Of a stretch of 64,000 nucleotides of DNA, positions 42,965-54,690 are shown piece after piece. Each line of letters begins with the position of its first letter. Position 1 is the first letter of the stretch. Source of the stretch: the human T2T-CHM13v2.0 reference genome, Homo sapiens; NCBI RefSeq assembly GCF_009914755.1, contig NC_060947.1; one strand, 5' to 3'. The notes below the pieces were generated by a model, which saw only the letters and a list, made by a program, of their open reading frames with translations, had not been told where the DNA came from and made no database searches. The position numbers and the translations under genes were made by a program.

Positions 42965-44660
42965 CTGGCCAGCCCCGCCCGGCCTTCCCTAAGGCCCAGC
43001 TGACCGCCATGCGTCTCGCCTCCTCCCCACCTCGCGGCCGGCAGCAGCCCTCCAGGTTTGGCTCCATGGATTGATTCTCTCAGAGCAGCTGCTCGGGGCC
43101 GACCTACACCAGGCCTGCCGACGTCTCCCCTGGGAGCCTCCCTGGCCCGGGCCAGACATCCGGCACCCGGAGCCCCGTCAGGCGGTCAGCATCAAGGAGG
43201 CTAGGTCCTCAAATCGGCCTGCGCCGGAGAGGACAGTGGCTGCCTTCACCATGGGGCAGGTCGACGCCTTGGAGGGCGTCTTCCGGCACCACCAGTACCT
43301 GGGCCCTCTGGAGCCGGCAAATGCAGGACTCCCAGCTGCACAGCCCCTTCTCGGGGTCTCTCCACGCGCCCCCGGCTTTTCACTCACCGTCTTCTGGCCT
43401 TGCCAATGGCCTGCAGCTGCTATGCCCTTGGACACCCCTGCCCAGGCCCCAGGCTCTGATGCTGCCCCCTGGCTCCTTCTGGGGTCTCTGCCAAGTGGAA
43501 CAAGAGGCCCTAGCCTCTGCGTGGGCTTCCTGCTACGGGCATCCTCCGCCGCCGGCGTACCACTCCCCAAGCCCAGGAAGTGGCGTGCATACGCTGGGAC
43601 CAGCCCTCTCCAGGGGGCCGTGGGGCTTGTGTGTTCTTCTGGAGACCGGGGGGATGCATTTTGAGGAAGCGCCTCTGACTCCATGCCTCCCACACACGCG
43701 GTCTGTGCAGCTAACACCAGGCGCCTACCCGGAGGACTCAGCTGTTCTGTTTACATCGTGGCGGCACCTCTCACCCTGACCCACGCAAAGGTTCTGGAGA
43801 TTTCTGGAGAATATATTTATTAAAGCCACCTCTTCACTGAAAGTTACCAAAAGGGTCAGTTTAGGAAGTAAATGAAGGGTCAGTGAACAGAGTCAAACGC
43901 AGAAGTGGGCTTGTTATGGGTAGGGCTTTCAGCATATGATAAAAGGATATTTGTTTTTTAAAGTGTTGGAAAAACTGGTTTTCTACTTGGAAAAAGTAAA
44001 GGTTGTAAGCTTTGTGTGTAAAAAAGAAAACCATGAAGGATTGGAAGGGAATGCAGGTGTCGTGTTTATAACCTTGTGGTTCGAGTCCCTCTTAACAAGG
44101 ACTCCAAAGCTGGAAAGCAGGAGGGAACAAAGGTGAAAATTAAGGCGGGGATGCTCGGGCCCTGCAGTGCGCTCTAGGCTGTGCTTGAGCCGGGACTGTG
44201 CCCGCAGCCTGCTAAGGGCTGCTTTCTCGGGCCAGGGAAAGCGGGGCAGCGGGGGACCTGCGGCTGTGCCTGGACTGAAGCCGTCCCGCATGTCCCCACC
44301 CTCCAGCATGTGTTCACCTGTCCCCCTCCTCGCAGCAGCCTCAGGACAAAACAGAATGACTCAAGGACAGCACTTCCTGCAGAAAGTCTAGAAGTGCCCA
44401 GAATGGGAGGCACGGAAGCCCCTCCCAGGGAGGACTCTCCCTCATTGACGGACCATTCTTGGTGCAGATTCCTGACTGCACGCACCGAACCGTAGACAAG
44501 CGGGCATCCATCCATGTTGCCCCAGAGTGCCCAGGAGGCAGGCAGCGCGGGGCGCCCAGACAGACGGGTTCAGCCTGCAGGACTGCGAGGCGACCTGTGA
44601 AACCGACCCAGGCATCCCAACAAGAACAAAAGCGTGGTCCTGTGGCCGTGTCCACAGCAA
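42965..44660. promoter_or_regulatory. GC/CpG-rich patch imported by the retrocopy (two lobes, ~42965-43790 and ~44140-44660)
   Basis: Many retained CpGs and a CCCCGCCC GC box at ~42973, in otherwise AT-rich, CpG-depleted DNA. Regulatory activity is inference. Confidence 0.35.
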
Positions 44661-44724
44661 GTTCCACTTTCACCTTGCTCATTTCTGCATTGTTGGAAGT
44701 GTTTACAACCAGCATGTGCTTTCA
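42967..44724 (+). pseudogene. Processed pseudogene of the VENTX homeobox gene (VENTXP family; specific copy not determined)
   Basis: Intronless. ATG at 43009 reads MRLASSPPRGRQQPSRFGSMD* (stop 43072-74 replaces W22). Later blocks SQSSCSGPT, QAVSIKEA, AFTMGQVDALEGVFRHHQYLGPLE, RQMQDSQLHSPFSGSLHAPPAF...LANGLQLLCPW and GDAF* (43662-64) match VENTX as recalled. Has frameshifts, two internal deletions and ~1 kb of 3'UTR. Confidence 0.95.
44356..44391 (+). CDS. 11-codon micro-ORF MTQGQHFLQKV (NA88-A antigen-type peptide) in the pseudogene 3'UTR
   Basis: ATG ACT CAA GGA CAG CAC TTC CTG CAG AAA GTC TAG. The ORF is certain; translation from this copy is not shown. Confidence 0.55.
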   Translation: MTQGQHFLQKV

Positions 44725-47700
44725 TAATACAACCTCAGGTAAGAAAGGAAAAAAATTATAGTTGTATCATACCTCAAATACGTTTTTAAGTTCTACAATT
44801 TAAGCTACTCTAGAATAGTTAGAATAGTTAGAAAATGGAAATTTTGCTTAATGGTGTTTCTAATATGAAGGGTACAAGAATTGTGGTAGGCTCTAACTGT
44901 TGGCATTAATGGCATTTTTCTTCATAGAAACATGCAAAAAACAACCAGTGTTAGATTTCTAGAATGATCAGACCTATGCATATGTACTTAATTGTATTAA
45001 CCTTGTTGATAATGTTAAATGGTAACATAGAGTTAACCTTAGAACATTTCCTAACAATTGATGTCTTTGAAACAATTATTTCTGAGGACAATACAGGTAA
45101 TCTGCAGTAGCTGAAAGCAAATTTTGGAGTAAGGTAAATTTAAGTTTAAATCCTCATGTTGTCACTTAAAAATTATTTGACTGTTGACAGGTTATTAAAT
45201 CTCTGTGTATTTTGTCACATGTGAAGTAAGGATAATGGAATCATTTTGTATAAGTAAAAGAAAATGTCGTGTAGTTATTCGTTGCTCAAAAACATACCAT
45301 GAATCATTGGAAGGCAGGGACTGTGACCTACTTTCCTTTTCATCCTTTCATCTTAGAATAATGTCTGCTAAGGTACTTAATGTATGCTCTCTGAAAAATG
45401 AGTGAATTAATGAATCTTAATGTGTCTTTTTCATGCCCTCATAAATATGCATGTTTAAATGCAATGAATCTTACTACATAAGCATTGTTTGGTAGCTAGG
45501 CACTCAATACACATTATTTCTACTTTCTCAAGGCATGTAGAACTGAATCGTAATCAATGATCAAACCATAAGTATTCTGTATCTTTAGTAAAGGCTGTGA
45601 ATAAAGAGTAGCATTACTTGTTCATTCATTTGAACCTTTATTGCATGAACACTTTGCATCAGATAATATACCAGCAAATGTACTAGTGTTGTTGTTGTTT
45701 TGGACATTTGGAAATTTCTGTTTGTCTTCATGCAGATAAAGTATCTTGGTAGTAATTATTTTTTTCACATGAACATTTGAAAACCTGTAGAAAAGGCCGA
45801 TACCTTTTGCTCAGAGATACCTAAAATATATTACAGGGTAATAAAATAAATCAACTAGATCAATAAGTTTGGTATTGTTAATTTTAAAGTAACTTTATTT
45901 TATAATTGACATGTGTAGTTTGACAAATTAAATGCAATACCAAGCTTAAAATAAAAATACAGTGATACTGTCCCATCATTCCCCAGTCTTACTTTTCTAT
46001 CCTGGGGGCAAACACTTTTGAATCTTTCAGTTGCTTAATTTGGCATTTATATATCTCCATAGTTTTATATAATATGTAAATATAGCTATTTTGATTTATA
46101 AATGTTAATTATTATCAAACTTCAAGTTTTAGCAGAAGTGTGGTGATGAATCAGTTTTAAATCCATCTCTCCTAAAAACTGTAGATAAATATACACACAT
46201 ACTTGTGTGCATGCACACATAACACATGAAGAGTGCTTACAGTTACTACACTGATTGACTTCATCTTCTGGTAAGTTATAGATGAACTCTTTCATGATGC
46301 CAGTTCTATGTTTTTCCTCTTTCCAATGCCTGCTATTGTTATGAAAATTTTGGTTAAATCGATATTGAATAAACATCATGCATTCATCTGGACTAGTGCT
46401 ATTTATGCCTGCTGCACACTTGTTACCTGGTACCCTCTCATAATCACGATCTTGTAAGTTTTCTTTAAAATTTTCCTATATAATGTTGCTATTTCTTCTT
46501 CTTTCCTCACTTATTGGCTTATGTTATTAGAGGGTATCCTTTGGTTAATTACTGTAAAAAAAAGTGCATGGGAAGTATATTTTTGAGATATTTGATTGTC
46601 TGAAAATATTTTTATTTTCCTCGCACATGCTTTATTCATAGTTATACTACATTTTTAACACATTGCTCTGATGTCTTCTGTTGTTGTTGTTGTTACTGTG
46701 TTACTATCGAGATGTGCAAAGCCATTCTGATTACAGATTCTTTGTATGTGGTATTCATTTTTCCTTTCAGGAATCTCATAGAAACTTTTTTTTGTCTCCA
46801 CTGTTCTGAAATTTTACAATGACCTTATTTGGAATGAATGTGTTTTCATCAAGTCTGCTGGATATTCAGTGGATACTTTCAAACTGAAAATTCATGCGTT
46901 CTAATTCTGGGAATTTTCTTAAAGTATTTGCTTATTTCCCCTCAAGCATTTTCTCCGTTTTCCCTTTTTAAGATGCTTATTATTCAGCCATTAGGCTTCC
47001 TGGAACAGTGTGCTAATTTTCTGCTTTTGTTTTCTTTGTTTTTTGCCCTAGTCTTGGAGATTTGCCTGATTTTATGTTCCAACCCATCCTCTGCTATTTT
47101 TATTTTTCCTATTATGCTGTGTCAGGGGAGACATCATTTGGGGAGACAGAAATTATGCCCCTTTTGTGAATAAAGGCAATTTAATAGAAAAAAATTGTTA
47201 ACTACCTATAAGATTGTTGACTAGGTAACTGAAAGAGTAAAAAGAAAACTCATAAAGTTAGTAGCTATAAGAAGGGGCTACCAATCTTAGGACTAAAGGA
47301 ATAAACACAAGATGTTGAACTAAAATCTGGAAATATACAAAAGGGGTCTGCTCTGATCTCTGAGAAGTACTCAGTTACTGTGGGTCTCTCTGAGTTCAGA
47401 GGAGAGCCCCTATTGACCTGTGAATGAAGCTTTCACTGTACTTTCAAATTCAGTATCACCTAACTTTCAAATTCGAGGAGGGGATGCCAGTGGACTAGTA
47501 CTGATGTTTCTGATGGGGCAGGACATGGTGAAGCTAGTTTTGCCAGTGTTGGAAAAAAACTGCAAACTAGATTTGACTGCTGCTATTAGAAGAAAGAGCT
47601 GCTGCTAGGGTGTAGAAGTATTGTGGAAAAGCAAAAGGGAACAAGTAAACCATTTGTCCTTGCTCCAACCTCACAGTTGCCCTCTCATCCTCCTCGTAAT

Positions 47701-49781
47701 GAAGCCTAACAGGGAGCAGCTGGCAAAACAGAAATGGGGTTTGCAAAGTCTCTGTTTCAACATCACAGAGCAGATTATACAAGGACAGGCCTGGAGCTGA
47801 GAAATAATAACTTAAACACTCTTATTGTTTTCTGAACATTTCTTTCTTTTTAATAACATTCTGGTTTGATGTCATAGGTGCAATATTTTCTCTTATCTCT
47901 CTGTAGGTATTGAAGTTTTCTTCTCCCTGTATGGTGAGTGGCTACCCCTCCAAGTTATACTTTTTTCTTTTTTTGTTCTTTGTTGTTTGTGTTTTTATTA
48001 CTTTTTGTCTTCCTCTTCTTTATCTTTTTTTCCCTCATTTATCATATTCTATGCCAGAAACTTTCTGGGAATACCTTGGCATCTACCTATCTTATAATTG
48101 GGAAACTAAAACTTTGAGTGTGGGGGAGAAGCTTAATAAATGTAAGCTTTATTTTAGATCAATCTGAATAAGGAGTTCTCAGGGAAATCATGGTGAGAGT
48201 ATCTTTAGGTTTTCCTTTTTGAGCTGGTTAATTCCCCAAAGGATTCTTCCAGTCTTCTGTCTGAACCATAACATTCTGCCAGTGAGCTCAGTAGGGAAAG
48301 AGTTCTATGATCTAATCATTCTAATAAATCAGTTACTACCCATCTGCCTGCTTACATATTTTTCTTTTCCTTTGTTTTTCTGTTTACCTATTTCCTTGGG
48401 TGTATATCCACGAAAATATCATCAATGTACTAATATGGTAATAATTATAATATTACAGTGACAATTTATATTTTAACAGATGTATTGTTATATTTGATCT
48501 GCTTATTAATAATATACACAAAAAAGATTTCAAGTGAAGCAATAATCATTTTGGTCTAAAGAGTTTTTGTAACTATTCTTCTAACATCTTGTACTTCTTA
48601 ATGGCCTTTAAAAATATTTGCAAAGTTTATTTTATACATTTTCAGGGTAGCAAAATTATAATACCATTTGATACCATTCTCTTTACTTTCAAACACAAAT
48701 TGCCTAAGACAGATATTTCTTATAAGAATTTTGTAAAATACTCAACAGAATCCTGAAATGCCTAAGGCTAGAGGATTTACTCTATTTAAAATTTGATTCA
48801 AAAAACAACAAAATAAAAACACTTTATAGTGTCACCTAACTTTCAAATTCTATGCTGCTGTGGAGGGTAAATTTTATTCAAGCCTCTGTGTCTACTGCAA
48901 GTAATCTCTGTGTATCACACAGGTTATGAAAATGGCAGGAATTTTTTCTCAAGAAAGTCATCATTAACCATGACTGATACCTTAATAATGCCATAGATAT
49001 AATTATAGTTTAATTTGGAATTGAATTTCAATTAGTTCTTCTGTAAGAAATGAGCTATTATTATCAAGCAATATCAGAACCTCAAAAATCTCATTTGTAT
49101 TTGTTTTTAAATCGATAAAATGTGGTTTTGGCGTCTCAACACTTTAATATGAGATATCTATTTTGAGATTTAGCTGGTGAGAAATGTTATTGGAAAGCAG
49201 CACTGTTAGTAGTAAATAAATTTGCATTCAGATTTGACCCTACAATGATTCAGATAAATGTAAATTCTGAGTGTAAACATTATGGGCTCATTTCTTGGCT
49301 CATATGCTCTTCTTATACATCCAGATACATAATTTGAATTTCCCATTCCAGAGACAGTATTCAATATAATATCAAAGAACAAACTGATTATTATATCTAG
49401 ACATAATATCTAATCTACAGCTATACAAAATAGCCACAATTATTTTAGGATAGTAATTAAAATAGATATTTGTTAAACAATAGGCATCAGACACTTGCTC
49501 AGATTGTATGTATTGTTATTGCATTTAATCATCACAACAAAATAGTGATGTTGATTATGCTATTACCCCCAATTATACAGATGAGAAAAATAAAGGTTAG
49601 GGAGCTTTGATGTCTTGCCCAAAATGTATGCAGCTTGAAAACAGATAATGCAATACTGGAAAGCTTATTGTTGAGTTCACGATATAAAATAAATTTGCTA
49701 TAGCAATATGTGTGTGTATGTATATGATAACATCTTGTCTTAATATCACTGTTAGCAAAATCAACTTCCAATGATACTATC

Positions 49782-50293
49782 TGAGGTAGGCAAACTAATA
49801 AACTCACAAAGACATCCACATTCTTGTCTCCAGAACCTGTGAGTATGTTAAATTACACTATAAAGGAAAATTAAGTTTGCCAATAGAATTAAGGTTGCTT
49901 ATCAACTGACCTTGACATGGAGGAAATTATCTTGGATTATCTCTATGGGTTCAATGTAATCACAAGGATTCTTTTAGATAGAAGAGGGAAGCAGAGGAGA
50001 AAGAGCCAGAGGGTAGCATGGGATAGACTTGGCCTAATAGTTCTGTCTTTGAAAATGGAGTAAGAAGGCCATAAGCCAAGCAATGTGGGTGGCCTCCAGA
50101 AGCTGAAAAAGGCAAGGAAATTGATTTCCCCTAGAGCTTCTAGATAGGAATGCAGCCCTGCTGACATCTTGATTTAAGCCCAGCAAAACATGTTTAAGAC
50201 TTCGGAAGTACATAACTGTAAGATAATAAATTTGTGTTGCTTTAAGACAGTAAGTTTGTAGGGATGTTACAGCAGCAATAAAAACCTAATACA
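49782..50293 (+). mobile_element. MLT1 (MLT1D-like) MaLR LTR
   Basis: TGAGGTAGGCA...CCAGAACCTGTGAGTATGTT...AATAAATTTGTGTTG...CTAATACA. Confidence 0.8.
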
Positions 50294-51218
50294 TCATCTT
50301 AAAAGGGAACAATAAAGAGCTAAAAAGTACTCAAGGACAAGCTTTCAAAGTCAGTCTCAGTGCTGCCTTATGAAGAAGTAGGGCACTTTATACTAGTAAA
50401 AATGTGTCCTGCTTTTTTATATAGTTGGCACAATTTTTACATATATAGGATGCCCTAACAGACTTTGCTAAAGCTGTAATTGAGAAATAAGACATACAAA
50501 CAAGTACTTTGCATTTAGCTTATTATCTAGCAGTTGTGTCACACTATTTGTGTATAATGGGAAAAGTGTTCTCTTAAAAATATCCTTCAAAATTTACCAT
50601 TTTTTTACTCAATCTATAGTAGAATTTCATTAAATCATGCTGTATTATAAAGAACAATTATAAATTGTTTTTCCCATTAATCTGCCAGCAATTTCTACAA
50701 TAATGCCCCATAACAAAATACCTCAAAACTCAGTGGCTTGCAATAACACATTATTTCTCAGCCTTATATCTAAATATTGGCCTGTACCATTTTGTTTCAA
50801 GCTGCTTGCATGTCTGTAGTACATTTGGAGGCCTCTGTCTGCTTCAGGCTCTAAGTCAAATTCAGGTTTTCTCCATGGGTCTTATTCTGAGCCTAGGATA
50901 AAGGGGCAGTGGGTATCTAGGCAATATTTTTTCTCATGGTTGTAGTCATAAGCTACCAGATGGGTAGGAAGAAATTTATGAGGCCTCTTTAGTTCTTAAT
51001 TTGAAACTCACACACTGCCATTTCTGCCTATTTTCCATTGTCCAAAACAAGTCATCTGGGCATGCCCAAAATCAATGGACAGGGAAGTATACTCCTCACT
51101 TGGAGGTAGAGAAAGGGGAGGGAACAAATATTAATTGAACAATGATATAATGTGCAATACCCTACATTAATAAAAATGGATCTCAGCTAAAGTATGAATT
51201 ATTTTTATGATTTTCTAA

Positions 51219-51670
<452 letters not shown>

Positions 51671-53344
51671 TCAAAATTATTATTATTTTTTGGTTCAAAA
51701 AAAGCATCCCATGTGCTTTATTACCCTGGGGGAGAACTATTATAAATGGAATGGAAATGGTCATTCATATTTGTATCTTAGTATGGTTATACCTCTCCTA
51801 TAAAAGGCTAATAAAAAGACAAGCATGATTGCATTTATAAATATGAAAATGAGAAACTCATCTTGGAAATGAAATATATTTTTTCAAGAAATTATTTTTT
51901 AAAACAACTTCCTGAGAATTCAGTATAATGGCCAATTAATAGTCTTTGATAATAGAGGAAAGTCTTAATTTTATCTTTGAACTGTAGAGAGTTTTGTTGG
52001 AATGTAACAAGTAGATTCTTTTCTATATGGGAACCAAATATGTCTATTTTAAGAAATTATTTTTAGTGCTTCAGAATATATATTAGTTTGGCCAGAACCT
52101 TGTAGTCTAAAATCGGCCACTCTGCTAATGGTTTTATAATGCTCTCCAGCTAATTGGAAAAAAAAGTAATAGTGTTGCTCATCAGCAATAGTAAGCATTA
52201 GAGATTACACTCTGTGATCTTGGTAAGTGATACTCTTAATATATAAAAATACTCATGTGTTTGAATTTTTATCATATCCTAAGTAAAGAAACCATAACGA
52301 TCGCATTTTATTATTTATTTTGTCTTTCATCAAATAAATTCAAACCAGTTTCCTTAGAAAGTGTCCCTATTTTAAGTTCACCTTTGTTATAACATTTAAT
52401 ATTTTAAAAAATTTTGTGGGTACATGGTAAGTGTATATATTTATGGGGTACCTGAGATGTTTTATGTTATATCAATTTTAAACATGGTACTTTTGTTTAA
52501 TCAATAGAAAGTTAAATATTACCTAACAAGACATGAACTCTCATGAGTTAGTAGGAAACTTATAGTCTAAAATCTAGCTCATCTGCCCGTTTACTCTTTA
52601 TCTTTCATAAGGAAAATTAAGTCAAGAGAATATATAACTTCCACTATAAAAATGTTTGAGAAATTTACAAATATATCTTCAAATAATTCAGGTTTTCTTA
52701 TTGAATTCTATGTGGATGCTCTTCCTTTACAAGTCCTGTCCACAGCCAACCCATAGACTTTTAGCTTTGGTACTCTCACTGGTTGATCTCACCCATGATG
52801 TAGTGAGTCCCCTTCTCAGTATGCATACTTGGTTCCTGAATTCATTCCCACTGGTTGACCTAAACTTTCCACCTAACTGATAGGGTAGCAGGATCAAAGA
52901 GCATGCACGTTACAGCTAAGCATTTGTGTTAGATGCATATACATTATTTTAACTGATCCTCTTTACGATAGACATTACCTGAAATTTTTCTAGAATTAGA
53001 AGAAAAGTGAACCATCATTCAACAATTCTCTTCTCTCCCCTTTTTTACAATACTATTTTATCCTATTTTAAAAATAATGTTTACTTGAACAAAGATTTTT
53101 GGTGGATTCTCTTCCTTAATTTACCCCTTAAGAATGAGTATAGCCTAGTTATTTGTTTTTACTCTTTATCCGTTTATTTCTATATATTTATCATGGAGAA
53201 CTTTAATAAAATCCCAAACCTCAATCACCAAAACTTCATGCTAATGATTTACAGACTTTAACCCTAATTAAGGACTATCTCCAAAATTTTATCTATCTAT
53301 TCATCTCTCCATTAGATTGCACTATCCATACACACTGCAATTGA

Positions 53345-53686
<342 letters not shown>

Positions 53687-53956
53687 CTCTTGTTTCATTT
53701 GTCCTTATTTCACTTAAAGCCATCACTATCTGCCCAGTCACCTCAGCTGAAGGCTTTGGACTCATCCTACATTCCTCCTTTTGTCTCACCCTCTACAAAT
53801 TTCTGCAGATTGCTCCTCTATTTATTTTTTAAATTGTTCAACCTTACAATCTGTACTTTGACTATTTTTCTTCAGACCACCAAGCAAGCCATTTCATTGT
53901 GCATTTTATCATGAGCTCAATTTAATATGTGACTCCATGGTAATGCAAGATATCTA

Positions 53957-54690
53957 CTTTTTATTTTTAATTTTTCTGAATGTATAGTAGTTGAACATAT
54001 TTATGGGGCACATGTGATTTTTTGGTACAAGCATACAATGCATAACTGTTAAATTGTGGGTAATTGAAATATCCATTACCCCAAACACTTATCATTTCTT
54101 TGTGTTGGGAACAATCCAAATATTCTCTTCTAGCTATTTTGAAATATAAAATAAATTATTGTTAACTACAGTTGACCTATTGTACTATCAAAAAGTAGTG
54201 CTTATTCCTTTTATCTGACTGTATTTTTGTACCCATTAACCCACCCCTTTTTACTCCCCACTACCATTCCCAGCCTCTGATAACTGCCAGTCTATTCACT
54301 ACCTCCATGAGGATCAATTCGTTTAGCTCCCATATATGAGTAAGAACGTGATATTTGTCTTATTGTGCCTAGCTTATTTCACTTAACATAACATCCTCTG
54401 GTTCCATCCCTGTTGATACAAATGCCAGGATTTCATTCTTTTTATGACTGAATAATATTTCATTGTGTATATATACAACATTTTCTTTATACATTCATGC
54501 ATTGATAGATACTGAGGTTGATTCAATATTTTGGAATGCATTTTGGTAGGTCATTATAAAATGATAAAGGGGTCAATTCAGCAAGAGAATATAACAATTA
54601 TAAATATATATATATATGCAACCAGCGTCAGAGCACTGAAACCTATAAAGCAAATATTAATAGATCTAGAGAAAGAGATATACTGTAATA
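53957..54690. mobile_element. L1MA-type 3' end (antisense, to ~54535) followed by a short sense ORF2 endonuclease fragment
   Basis: Antisense 3'UTR text, then GHYKMIKGSIQQENITIINIY. Confidence 0.75.

Noticed and set aside
43009-43664. Functional VENTX gene
   Set aside because: No introns, a stop at codon 22, frameshifts and loss of the WFQNRR recognition helix.
43178-44761. Several antisense and 3'UTR ORFs of 70-180 aa
   Set aside because: Expected from stop-poor GC-rich sequence; no recognisable homology.
45890-48400. Old L1ME-like and LTR-like remnants (similar patches at ~18500-19050, 23490-24000, 50680-51160, 58350-58780)
   Set aside because: Probably ancient repeats, but too diverged to name or bound reliably by eye.
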